NCBI RefSeq assembly: GCF_964355755.1
Contig: NC_092674.1
Span: forward strand, 3,534,001 to 3,598,000
From: Antedon mediterranea
Taxonomy: Eukaryota > Animalia > Echinodermata
DNA length: 64,000 bases
Direction: 5' to 3'
Translations under genes and position numbers: made by a program
Part shown: positions 23,501-36,245 of the stretch, in pieces
Position numbering within the stretch: the first letter of the stretch is position 1
Layout: each line of letters begins with the position of its first letter
The notes under the pieces: model-generated
Seen by the model: only the letters and a program-made list of their open reading frames with translations
The model's database searches: none
Told to the model about the DNA's origin: nothing

Positions 23501-26500
23501 CGCATGTTTATATGCTATAGTAACTATTTATTTCAAAAGTGGTTACTATAGCACAATTGACGTGCCCAGAACCCATTATTCGACTCTGCGCATGTTTATT
23601 ATGCTATAGTAACCATTTATGTCAAAAAATGAAAGGGTCGAAAATCGGCCATTTTTCGAAAACTTCCCTGTACTATAGTACAGGATTTTTTCAAATAATT
23701 GCCAATTTTCGACCTTTTTATTTTTCGATAAAACTGGTTACTATAGCACAATTAACATGCGCAGAACCCATTATTCGACTCTGTGCATGTTTATATGCTA
23801 TAGTAACTATTTATGTCAAAAGTGGTTACTATAGCACAATTGACATGCGCAGAACCTATTATTCGACTCTGCGCATGTTTATTATGCTATAGTAACTATT
23901 TATGTCAAAAGGGGTTACTATAGCACAATTGACATGCGTAGAAACCATTATTTGACTCTGCGCATGTTTATTATGCTATAGTAACCATTTACGTCAAAAA
24001 ATGAAAGGGTTGAAATTCGGCCATTTTTCGAAAATTTCCCTGTACTATAGTACAGGGTTTTTTCCAATAATTGCCAATTTTCGACCTTTTTATTTTTCGA
24101 TAAAACTGGTTACTATAGCACTATTGACATGCGCAGAACCCATTATTCGACTCTGCGCATGTTTATTATGCTATAGTAACCATTTAAGTCAAAAAATAAA
24201 AGGGTCGAAAATCGGCCATTTTTCGAAAATTTTCCTGTACTATAGTACAGGGATTTTTCAAAAAATGGCCAATTTTCGACCTTTTTGTTTTTCGATAAAA
24301 CTGGTTACTATAGCACTATTGACATGCGCAGAACCCATTATTCGACTCTGCGCATGTTTATTATGCTATAGTAACTATTTATGTCAAAAGTGGTTACTAT
24401 AGCACAATTGACATGCGCAGAACCCATTATTTGACTCTGCGCATGTTTATTATGCTATAGTAACCATTTACGTAAAAAAATAAAAGGGTCGAAAATCGGC
24501 CATTTTTCGAAAATTTCCCTGTACTATAGTACAGTGATTTTTTCAAATAATTGCCAATTTTCGACCTTTTTATTTTTCGATAAAACTGGTTACTATAGCA
24601 CAATTGACATGCGCAGAACCCATTATTCGACTCTACGCATGTTTATATGCTATAGTAACTATTTATTTCAAAAGTGGTTACTATAGCACAATTGACATGC
24701 CCAGAACCCATTATTCGACTCTGCGCATGTTTATTATGCTATAGTAACCATTTATGTCAAAAAATGAAAGGGTCGAAAATCGGCCATTTTTCGAAAATTT
24801 CCCTGTACTATAGTACAGGATTTTTTCAAATAATTGCCAATTTTCGACCTTTTTATTTTTCGATAAAACTGGTTACTATAGCACAATTAACATGCGCAGA
24901 ACCCATTATTCGACTCTGTGCATGTTTATTAAGCTATAGTAACTATTTATGTCAAAAGTGGTTACTATAGCACAGTTGACATGCGCAGAACCCATTATTC
25001 GACTCTGCGCATGTTTATTATGCTATAGTAACCATTTATGTCAAAAAATAAAAGGGTCGAAAATCGGCCATTTTTCGAAAATTTACCTGTACTATAGTAC
25101 AGGGATTTTTCCAAAAATGGCCAATTTTCGACCTTTTTATTTTTCGATAAAACTGGTTACTATAGCACAATTGACATGCGCAGAACCCATTATTTGACTC
25201 TGCGCATGTTTATTATGCTATGGTAACTATTTATGTCAAAAGTGGTTACTATAGCACAATTGACATGCGCAGAACCCATTATTCGACTCTGCGCGTGTTT
25301 ATTATGCTATAGTAACTATTTATGTCAAAAGTGGTTACTATAGCACAATTGACATGCGTAGAAACCATTATTTGACTCTGCGCATGTTTATTATGCTATA
25401 GTAACCATTTACGTCAAAAAATGAAAGGGTCGAAATTCGGCCATTTTTCGAAAATTTCCCTGTACTATACTACAGGGTTTTTTCAAATAATTGCCAATTT
25501 TCGACCTTTTTAATTTTCGATAAAACTGGTTACTATAGCACTATTGACATGCGCAGAACCCATTATTCGACTCTGCGCATGTTTATTATGCTATAGTAAC
25601 TATTTATGTCAAAAGTGGTTACTATAGCACAATTGACATGCGCAGAACCCATTATTTGACTCTGCGCATGTTTATTATGCTATAGTAACCATTTACGTAC
25701 AAAAATAAAAGGGTCGAAAATCGGCCATTTTTCGAAAATTTCCCTGTACTATAGTACAGTGATTTTTTCAAATAATTGCCAATTTTCGACCTTTTTATTT
25801 TTCGATAAAACTGGTTACTATAGCACAATTGACATGCGCAGAACCCATTATTCGACTCTACGCATGTTTATATGCTATAGTAACTATTTATTTCAAAAGT
25901 GGTTACTATAGCACAATTGACATGCCCAGAACCCATTATTTGACTCTGCGCATGTTTATTATGCTATAGTAACCATTTACGTAAAAAAATAAAAGGGTTG
26001 AAAATCGGCCATTTTTCGAAAATTTCCCTGTACTATAGTACAGTGATTTTTTCAAATAATTGCCAATTTTCGACCTTTTTATTTTTCGATAAAACTGGTT
26101 ACTATAGCACAATTGACATACGCAGAACCCATTATTCGACTCTACGCATGTTTATATGCTATAGTAACTATTTATTTCAAAAGTGGTTACTATAGCACAA
26201 TTGACATGCCCAGAACCCATTATTCGACTCTGCGCATGTTTATTATGCTATAGTAACCATTTATGTCAAAAAATGAAAGGGTCGAAAATCGGCCATTTTT
26301 TGAAAATTTCCCTGTACTATAGTACAGGATTTTTTCAAATAATTGCCAATTTTCGACCTTTTTATTTTTCGATAAAACTGGTTACTATAGCACAATTAAC
26401 ATGCGCAGAACCCATTATTCGACTCTGTGCATGTTTATTAAGCTATAGTAACTATTTATGTCAAAAGTGGTTACTATAGCACAGTTGACATGCGCAGAAC

Positions 26501-29500
26501 CCATTATTCGACTCTGCGCATGTTTATTATGCTATAGTAACCATTTATGTCAAAAAATAAAAGGGTCGAAAATCGGCCGTTTTTCGAAAATTTACCTGTA
26601 CTATAGTACAGGGATTTTTCCAAAAATGGCCAATTTTCGACCTTTTTATTTTTCGATAAAACTGGTTACTATAGCACAATTGACATGCGCAGAACCCATT
26701 ATTTGACTCTGCGCATGTTTATTATGCTATGGTAACTATTTATGTCAAAAGTGGTTACTATAGCACAATTGACATGTGCAGAACCCATTATTCGACTCTG
26801 CGCATGTTTATTATGCTATAGTAACTATTTATGTCAAAAGTGGTTACTATAGCACAATTGACATGCGTAGAAACCATTATTTGACTCTGCGCATGTTTAT
26901 TATGCTATAGTAACCATTTACGTCAAAAAATGAAAGGGTCGAAATTCGGCCATTTTTCGAAAATTTCCCTATACTATACTACAGGGTTTTTTCAAATAAT
27001 TGCCAATTTTCGACCTTTTTATTTTTCGATAAAACTGGTTACTATAGCACTATTGACATGCGCAGAACCCATTATTCGACTCTGCGCATGTTTATTATGC
27101 TATAGTAACTATTTATGTCAAAAGTGGTTACTATAGCACAGTTGACATGCGCAGAACCCATTATTCGACTCTGCGCATGTTTATTATGCTATAGTAACCA
27201 TTTATGTCAAAAAATAAAAGGGTCGAAAATCGGCCATTTTTCGAAAATTTCCCTGATTTTTCCAAAAATGGCCAATTTTCGACCTTTTTATTATTCGATA
27301 AAACTGGTTACTATAGCACAATTGACATGCGCAGAACCCATTATTTGACTCTGCGCATGTTTATTATGCTATGGTAACTATTTATGTCAAAAGTGGTTAC
27401 TATAGCACATTTGACATGCGCAGAACCCATTATTCGACTCTGCGCATTTTTATTATGCTATAGTAACTATTTATGTCAAAAGTGGTTACTATAGCACAAT
27501 TGACATGCGTAGAAACCATTATTTGACTCTGCGCATGTTTATTATGCTATAGTAACCATTTACGTCAAAAAATGAAAGGGTCGAAATTCGGCAATTTTTC
27601 GAAAATTTCGCTGTACTATAGTACAGTGATTTTTTCAAATAATTGCCAATTTTCGACCTTTTTATTTTTCGATAAAACTGGTTACTATAGCACAATTGAC
27701 ATGCGCAGAACCCATTATTCGACTCTACGCATGTTTATATGCTATAGTAACTATTTATTTCAAAAGTGGTTACTATAGCACAATTGACATGCCCAGAACC
27801 CATTATTTCACTCTGCGCATGTTTATTATGCTATAGTAACCATTTACGTAAAAAAATAAAAGGGTCGAAAATCGGCCATTTTTCGAAAATTTCCCTGTAC
27901 TATAGTACAGTGATTTTTTCAAATAATTGCCAATTTTCGACCTTTTTATTTTTCGATAAAACTGGTTACTATAGCACAATTGACATGCGCAGAACCCATT
28001 ATTCGACTCTACGCATGTTTATATGCTATAGTAACTATTTATTTCAAAAGTGGTTACTATAGCACAATTGACATGCCCAGAACCCATTATTCGACTCTGC
28101 GCATGTTTATTATGCTATAGTAACCATTTATGTCAAAAAATGAAAGGGTCGAAAATCGGCCATTTTTCGAAAATTTCCCTGTACTATAGTACAGGATTTT
28201 TTCAAATAATTGCCAATTTTCGACCTTTTTATTTTTCGATAAAACTGGTTACTATAGCACAATTAACATGCGCAGAACCCATTATTCGACTCTGTGCATG
28301 TTTATTAAGCTATAGTAACTATTTATGTCAAAAGTGGTTACTATAGCACAGTTGACATGCGCAGAACCCATTATTCGACTCTGCGCATGTTTATTATGCT
28401 ATAGTAACCATTTATGTCAAAAAATAAAAGGGTCGAAAATCGGCCGTTTTTCGAAAATTTACCTGTACTATAGTACAGGGATTTTTCCAAAAATGGCCAA
28501 TTTTCGACCTTTTTATTTTTCGATAAAACTGGTTACTATAGCACAATTGACATGCGCAGAACCCATTATTTGACTCTGCGCATGTTTATTATGCTATGGT
28601 AACTATTTATGTCAAAAGTGGTTACTATAGCACAATTGACATGCGCAGAACCCATTATTCGACTCTATGCATGTTTATTATGCTATAGTAACTATTTATG
28701 TCAAAAGTGGTTACTATAGCACAATTGACATGCGTAGAAACCATTATTTGACTCTGCGCATGTTTATTATGCTATAGTAACCATTTACGTCAAAAAATGA
28801 AAGGGTCGAAATTCGGCCATTTTTCGAAAATTTCCCTGTACTATACTGCAGGGTTTTTTCAAATAATTGCCAATTTTCGACCTTTTTATTTTTCGATAAA
28901 ACTGGTTACTATAGCACTATTGACATGCGCAGAACCCATTATTCGACTCTGCGCATGTTTATTATGCTATAGTAACTATTTATGTCAAAAGTGGTTACTA
29001 TAGCACAGTTGACATGCGCAGAACCCATTATTCGACTCTGCGCATGTTTATTATGCTATAGTAACCATTTATGTCAAAAAATAAAAGGGTCGAAAATCGG
29101 CCATTTTTCGAAAATTTACCTGTACTATAGTACAGGGATTTTTCAAAAAATGGCCAATTTTCGACCTTTTTATTTTTCGATAAAACTGGTTACTATAGCA
29201 CAATTGACATGCGCAGAACCCATTATTTGACTCTGCGCATGTTTATTATGCTATGGTAACTATTTATGTCAAAAGTGGTTACTATAGCACATTTGACATG
29301 CGCAGAACCCATTATTCGACTCTGCGCATTTTTATTATGCTATAGTAACTATTTATGTCAAAAGTGGTTACTATAGCACAATTGACATGCGTTGAAACCA
29401 TTATTTGACTCTGCGCATGTTTATTATGCTATAGTAACCATTTACGTCAAAAAATGAAAGGGTCGAAATTCGGCCATTTTTCGAAAATTTCCCTGTACTA

Positions 29501-32500
29501 TAGTACAGGGTTTTTTCAAATAATTGCCAATTTTCGACCTTTTTAATTTTCGATAAAACTGGTTACTATAGCACTATTGACATGCGCAGAACCCATTATT
29601 CGACTCTGCGCATGTTTATTATGCTATAGTAACTATTTATTTCAAAAGTGGTTAATATAGCACAATTGACATGCGCAGAACCCATTATTTGACTCTGCGC
29701 ATGTTTATTATGCTATAGTAACCATTTACGTACAAAAATAAAAGGGTCGAAAATCGGCCATTTTTCGAAAATTTCCCTGTACTATAGTACAGTGATTTTT
29801 TCAAATAATTGCCAATTTTCGACCTTTTTATTTTTCGATAAAACTGGTTACTATAGCACAATTGACATGCGCAGAACCCATTATTCGACTCTACGCATGT
29901 TTATATGCTATAGTAACTATTTATTTCAAAAGTGGTTACTATAGCACAATTGACATGCCCAGAACCCATTATTTGACTCTGCGCATGTTTATTATGCTAT
30001 AGTAACCATTTACGTAAAAAAATAAAAGGGTAAAAAATCGGCCATTTTTCGAAAATTTCCCTGTACTATAGTACAGTGATTTTTTCAAATAATTGCCAAT
30101 TTTCGACCTTTTTATTTTTCGATAAAACTGGTTACTATAGCACAATTGACATGCGCAGAACCCATTATTCGACTCTACGCATGTTTATATGCTATAGTAA
30201 CTATTTATTTCAAAAGTGGTTACTATAGCACAATTGACATGCCCAGAACCCATTATTCGACTCTGCGCATGTTTATTATGCTATAGTAACCATTTATGTC
30301 AAAAAATGAAAGGGTCGAAAATCGGCCATTTTTCGAAAATTTCCCTGTACTATAGTACAGGATTTTTTCAAATAATTGCCAATTTTCGACCTTTTTATTT
30401 TTCGATAAAACTGGTTACTATAGCACAATTAACATGCGCAGAACCCATTATTCGACTCTGTGCATGTTTATTAAGCTATAGTAACTATTTATGTCAAAAG
30501 TGGTTACTCTAGCACAGTTGACATGCGCAGAACCCATTATTCGACTCTGCGCATGTTTATTATGCTATAGTAACCATTTATGTCAAAAAATAAAAGGGTC
30601 GAAAATCGGCCGTTTTTCGAAAATTTACCTGTACTATAGTACAGGGATTTTTCCAAAAATGGCCAATTTTCGACCTTTTTATTTTTCGATAAAACTGGTT
30701 ACTATAGCACAATTCACATGCGCAGAACCCATTATTTGACTCTGCGCATGTTTATTATGCTATGGTAACTATTTATGTCAAAAGTGGTTACTATAGCACA
30801 ATTGACATGTGCAGAACCCATTATTCGACTCTGCGCATGTTTATTATGCTATAGTAACTATTTATGTCAAAAGTGGTTACTATAGCACAATTGACATGCG
30901 TAGAAACCATTATTTGACTCTGCGCATGTTTATTATGCTATAGTAACCATTTACGTCAAAAAATGAAAGGGTCGAAAATCGGCAATTTTTCGAAAATTTC
31001 TCTGTACTATAGTACAGGATTTTTTCAAATAATTGCCAATTTTCGACCTTTTTATTTTTCGATAAAACTGGTTACTATAGCACTATTGACATGCGCAGAA
31101 CCCATTATTCGACTCTGCGCATGTTTATTATGCTATAGTAACTATTTATGTCAAAAGTGGTTACTATAGCACAGTTGACATGCGCAGAACCCATTATTCG
31201 ACTCTGCGCATGTTTATTATGCTATAGTAACCATTTATGTCAAAAAATAAAAGGGTCGAAAATCGGCCATTTTTCGAAAATTTTCCTGATTTTTCCAAAA
31301 ATGGCAAATTTTCGACCTTTTTATTTTTCGATAAAACTGGTTACTATAGCACAATTCACATGCGCAGAACCCATTATTTGACTCTGCGCATGTTTATTAT
31401 GCTATGGTAACTATTTATGTCAAAAGTGGTTACTATAGCACATTTGACATGCGCAGAACCCATTATTCGACTCTGCGCAGTTTTATTATGCTATAGTAAC
31501 TATTTATGTCAAAAGTGGTTACTATAGCACAATTGACATGCGTAGAAACCATTATTTGACTCTGCGCATGTTTATTATGCTATAGTAACCATTTACGTCA
31601 AAAAATGAAAGAGTCGAAATTCGGCCATTTTTCGAAAATTTCCCTGTACTATAGTACAGTGATTTTTTCAAATAATTGCCAATTTTCGACCTTTTTATTT
31701 TTCGATAAAACTGGTTACTATAGCACAATTGACATGCGCAGACCCATTATTCGACTCTACGCATGTTTATATGCTATAGTAACTATTTATTTCAAAAGTG
31801 GTTACTATAGCACAATTGACATGCCCAGAACCCATTATTTGACTCTGCGCATGTTTATTATGCTATAGTAACCATTTACGTAAAAAAATAAAAGGGTCGA
31901 AAATCGGCCATTTTTCGAAAATTTCCCTGTACTATAGTACAGTGATTTTTTCAAATAATTGCCAATTTTCGACCTTTTTATTTTTCGATAAAACTGGTTA
32001 CTATAGCACAATTGACATGCGCAGAACCCATTATTCGACTCTACGCATGTTTATATGCTATAGTAACTATTTATTTCAAAAGTGGTTACTATAGCACAAT
32101 TGACATGCCCAGAACCCATTATTCGACTCTGCGCATGTTTATTATACTATAGTAACCATTTATGTCAAAAAATGAAAGGGTCGAAAATCGGCAATTTTTC
32201 GAAAATTTCTCTGTACTATAGTACAGGATTTTTTCAAATAATTGCCAATTTTCGACCTTTTTATTTTTCGATAAAACTGGTTACTATAGCACAATTGACA
32301 TGCGCAGAACCCATTATTCGACTCTGCGCATGTTTATTAAGCTATAGTAACTATTTATGTCAAAAGTGGTTACTATAGCACAGTTGACATGCGCAGAACC
32401 CATTATTCGACTCTGCGCATGTTTATTATGCTATAGTAACCATTTATGTCAAAAAATAAAAGGGTCGAAAATCGGCCATTTTTCGAAAATTTCCCTGTAC

Positions 32501-33213
32501 TATAGTACAGGGATTTTTCAAAAAATTGCCAATTTTCGACCTTTTTATTTTTCGATAAAACTGGTTACTATAGCACAATTGATATGCGCAGAACCCATTA
32601 TTGGACTCTGCGCATGTTTATTATGCTATGGTAACTATTTATGTCAAAAGTGGTTACTATAGCACATTTGACATGCGCAGAACCCATTATTCGACTCTGC
32701 GCATTTTTATTATGCTATAGTAACTATTTATGTCAAAAGTGGTTACTATAGCACAATTGACATGCGTAGAAACCATTATTTGACTCTGTGCATGTTTATT
32801 ATGCTATAGTAACCATTTACGTCAAAAAATGAAAGGGTCGATATTCGGCCATTTTTCGAAAATTTCCCTGTACTATAGTACAGGGTTTTTTCAAATAATT
32901 GCCAATTTTTGACCCTTTTATTTTTCGATAAAACTGGTTACTATAGCACTATTGACATGCGCAGAACCCATTATTCGACTCTGCGCATGTTTATTATGCT
33001 ATAGTAACTATTTATGTCAAAAGTGGTTACTATAGCACAATTGACATGCGCAGAACCCATTATTTGACTCTGCGCATGTTTATTATGCTATAGTAACCAT
33101 TTACGTAAAAAAATAAAAGGGTCGAAAATTTCCCTGTACTATAGTACAGGATTTTTTCAAATAATTGCCAATTTTCGACCTTTTTATTTTTCGATAAAAC
33201 TGGTTACTATAGC
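20507..33213. repeat. 12.7-kb composite satellite of two palindromic modules (A 89 bp, B ~106 bp; pattern A1-3 B)
   Basis: A = ggttactatagca caattg acatgcgcaga acccattattcgac tctgcgcatgt ttatta tgctatagtaac(c/t) + linker. B = aaaaataaaagggtcgaaaatcggccatttttcgaaaattt ccctgtactatagtacaggg atttttcaaaaatggccaattttcgacctttttattttt. The common period AAB is 284 bp. Roughly 90 A and 45 B copies (estimated from lengths). Confidence 0.97.
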
Positions 33214-33520
33214 CCCTTTTATTTTTTGTCCAAACTGGTTTTTATGACTCTATAAGATAATGATAACGCAATATATGTGCATATATGCTAATATTATTGC
33301 ATAATAATTGAACTTTTAAAAGTCGATATTTTCGCTATTTTTGAAAAAATCCCTGTACTATAGCACAGGGAAATTTTCGAAAAATGACAAAATTTGGACC
33401 CTTTTATTTTTGACCAAACTGGTTACTATGTCTATATAAGATGTTGATAACGTAATATATGTGAATATATTGCAAAATTATTGCATAATAATTGAATTTT
33501 AAAAAGTCGATATTTTGGCT
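33214..33520. repeat. Diverged ~184-bp tandem repeat (right flank, same family and orientation as 19946-20506)
   Basis: cccttttattttttgtccaaactggtt...gataacgcaatatatgtgcatatatgctaatattattgcataataattgaa, ~1.7 units. Confidence 0.85.
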
Positions 33521-33640
33521 ACACAGTACTGGAATTTGTCGCAGCCAGACATAACATCAAATGACTGTTACGAGTTCCCATCTTGCCAAAGGCAAGCTCA
33601 GTGTCCTGTTGTTAGATTGTTTTGGTTTCACATCAGTTAA

Positions 33641-33914
33641 CGATGTATTGTCCCCCAAAAACATAAAAAAATAAAGATTAATAAAATCAGACTTGTTATT
33701 ATTTTGTAGTTTTAATAAAGTTAATCAATAGGAAAAAAAACCAGAAAAAATTAATGTTTTCACCCACTGGCTGGGTAGCCAATTTGACTATTTTTTGCTT
33801 TAAATTTTTTTTCGATGAAATTTTTGGTCAAAGTGGATCACTATGAAGGGACATTAAAATGGCATATTCAACAACAAAATAACAAGAATTATTTTTCAAG
33901 GGGACAATATATCT
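33641..33914. mobile_element. TTAA-flanked MITE (Kolobok/piggyBac-type target)
   Basis: TTAA|cgatgtattgtcccc ... ggggacaatatatct|TTAA. Confidence 0.7.
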
Positions 33915-34817
33915 TTAAATGATTAAAACCAGTTGAAAGAAAGCACACAAACAAGACAGAAAGTCTGTATATCTTTTAAAAAATAATAAATTCTTACAAT
34001 AATTGTATAACTGTACATTAGATACATAAAAAACATTTCAGCAGCAACATTCTCAGTTGTTCAGTACCTGCTGCTGAGTTGAACCTGGCAACAATTACAT
34101 TATTACAATGTATATACAACATAAAATAACCACCGTAAAACAGCAAGTATATGAGCAGTTTTTTCCTTAATTCTTTCATCTATGTAATTATTTCAACAAG
34201 TAAATTTATATATGTTTTTATATTGTTTTAATACGGGGACTTTGTGGAAAAACAGATTTCTGATCATGTTTAAATAGTTGGATGGAAAAAAAACTAAATA
34301 ATTATTCCAAGTAAGTTGAATCAACGTTAATTTCGAAACTACAGAAGTATGCCATAGCATGTTATATACTTTACAGATGCTTTACATCCTATGACATCTT
34401 TTCCATAAACTATTTTGTAAAGAATTAAAAAAAATATATATCTTTGCTCGAGTTAAAATGTGGATAGCTTAAAATCATTTGATCAAACCATGGATAAAAT
34501 AAGTACTTATTTTATCCATGGCGAAACTGATCAAATTATTTCAAATAAATTTCGCTATCCCCTTTTTCATAAACTCTATCTTTGTAATTTCTTTAATTCG
34601 AGTTGCATAGGCGTTGCACTATGATGACATGAAATATATCATTTATAGTAACAGTACTATTGCACTATATCTGTCGTAAGGAAACATCTAATGAACCTAA
34701 ATTAAAATTTATATTTCTTTAAAATATTTTTGTGTCTATAGACTTGATCAACCAGATGTGGAAGATGTGGATCTGAACTGCCAACATTATAACGTTAACA
34801 CAAGAGAAAAACTCTAA

Positions 34818-34936
34818 AGCTCTGTCTACACTATCAAACTTTGTGACAAAAAAATATGACATATATATGGACAAGATGACATCATATCTCTACCATATTT
34901 GGGCACTTTTTTTTGTTTGATAGTGTAAACAGAGCT
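34818..34936. mobile_element. MITE family 1
   Basis: TAA|agctctgtctacactatcaaac...gtttgatagtgtaaacagagct|TTA. Confidence 0.85.
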
Positions 34937-35334
34937 TTAAAGACCCAGTGAAAAAAAAATAGATATATTCAATTTTGAGACTGTAAAAAACGTTGGTAAC
35001 TGCAAACTCTCTACTATACAACACAAGATTCCATAGGATTGGATAGAAAATATTTGCAATCTCAACAAATTTGTTTCTGTTAAAAAATATACAGTACTGC
35101 CAGCATTGCCTGCAATGTGATATTTTCACTGTGCTACAGTAGCCACTCTTAATTCCACCTAGACTATCCAATTACATAGATTTATGATTTCGAATAAAAA
35201 AAAAAACACATTTCAACATCAGTTGGAAGACATTCAATTTAGGCAGGCACAATACGTGTACTATGACACTGTTCAGTTGCATTAGCTATTGCAGCTGTAC
35301 TCAATCACTAAGTGTAGATAATTGTACTATTTTT

Positions 35335-35606
35335 CTAAAAAATATTAACCATGCCTTGTTCAGTGATTTAGAGCTCATGCCTCATGGGCGTCGCTTTCGA
35401 TGCCCGGCATGTAGAACAAACCGGAAAAGGAATTCGTTTTTGCCAGTGGCTATTCGACTCTTAAATTCTTGAACCTTGACTCTTGTTTTTTTTTTTGTAC
35501 TGTGTATTGTGATATTTTGTATATTTTGTAAGATCATTTTAATCCAGACCTTTTGATTTGAATTGCCCCGTGTGGGATGATTAAAGAATTTTGAATTGAA
35601 TTCAAT
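35335..35606 (+). mobile_element. Rex1/Babar-type LINE 3' fragment
   Basis: Encodes NHALFSDLELMPHGRRFRCPACRTNRKRNSFLPVAIRLLNS*, resembling the Rex1 ORF C-terminus, then gaattgccccgtgtgggatgattaaag and a (ttgaa)n tail. Confidence 0.75.
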
Positions 35607-36245
35607 TAAAAATAATCTTTGCATAAGAAGCATGGAAGCACTGTGTTAGATTCAGTAATAAATAAACTTCTTAACAAGGGCATATAGTTAGATTTAATCT
35701 TTGTGAACACAGATCTAGTTCGTCACAGTTAAAACTAACTGATAAGACAAGGAAGCACAAGGGCATGCCACTAGTTTCTGTATTCACTGGATGATGACAA
35801 TCTTGTAGCAGCAGGTCTGGTCAAATATGTTGAAACCACAATAGATACCTTATGGCAAAGACATATTATAGCTCTGTCTAGATGGTAAAGACATCTCAGG
35901 CCAGAATTAGAGCTCGGTCTAGATGGTAAAGTAAAGACATCTGATATCATTAGGCCAGAATTAGAGCTCTGTCAAGGTGCTCATCTGCAGGTCTCCATAG
36001 CAATTAGCATTAAAGCTGAACTATCAAGACAACTCTGTCTGGAAATCTCATGACAGTGGTGAACTCAAGACATCTGATACTGTAAACCAGTATGCAGGTT
36101 TCAAACCAAATAGACCTTCCACAAATGCCTCATTACAATGGTTAATACTCCTTGTTGCAGAACATCTGCCACATACATGGAAACAGCTTCCACCTCCAGT
36201 GTATACACACTAACACACACCTATGAATTGCACACGTTTTCTCTT

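Noticed and set aside
20780-32662. Dozens of 65-136 aa ORFs (VTIAQLTCAEPIIRLCACLLCYSN...)
   Set aside because: These are translations of the satellite; 89-bp and 284-bp periods are not multiples of 3 and stops/frameshifts are frequent.
20507-33213. CRISPR-like array or integron attC cassette array (palindromic repeats, AAC...GTT ends)
   Set aside because: No unique spacers or cassettes, since the intervening sequences are themselves repeated. GTTACTA does not fit GTTRRRY. No cas or integrase gene is present and the context is spliced animal genes.
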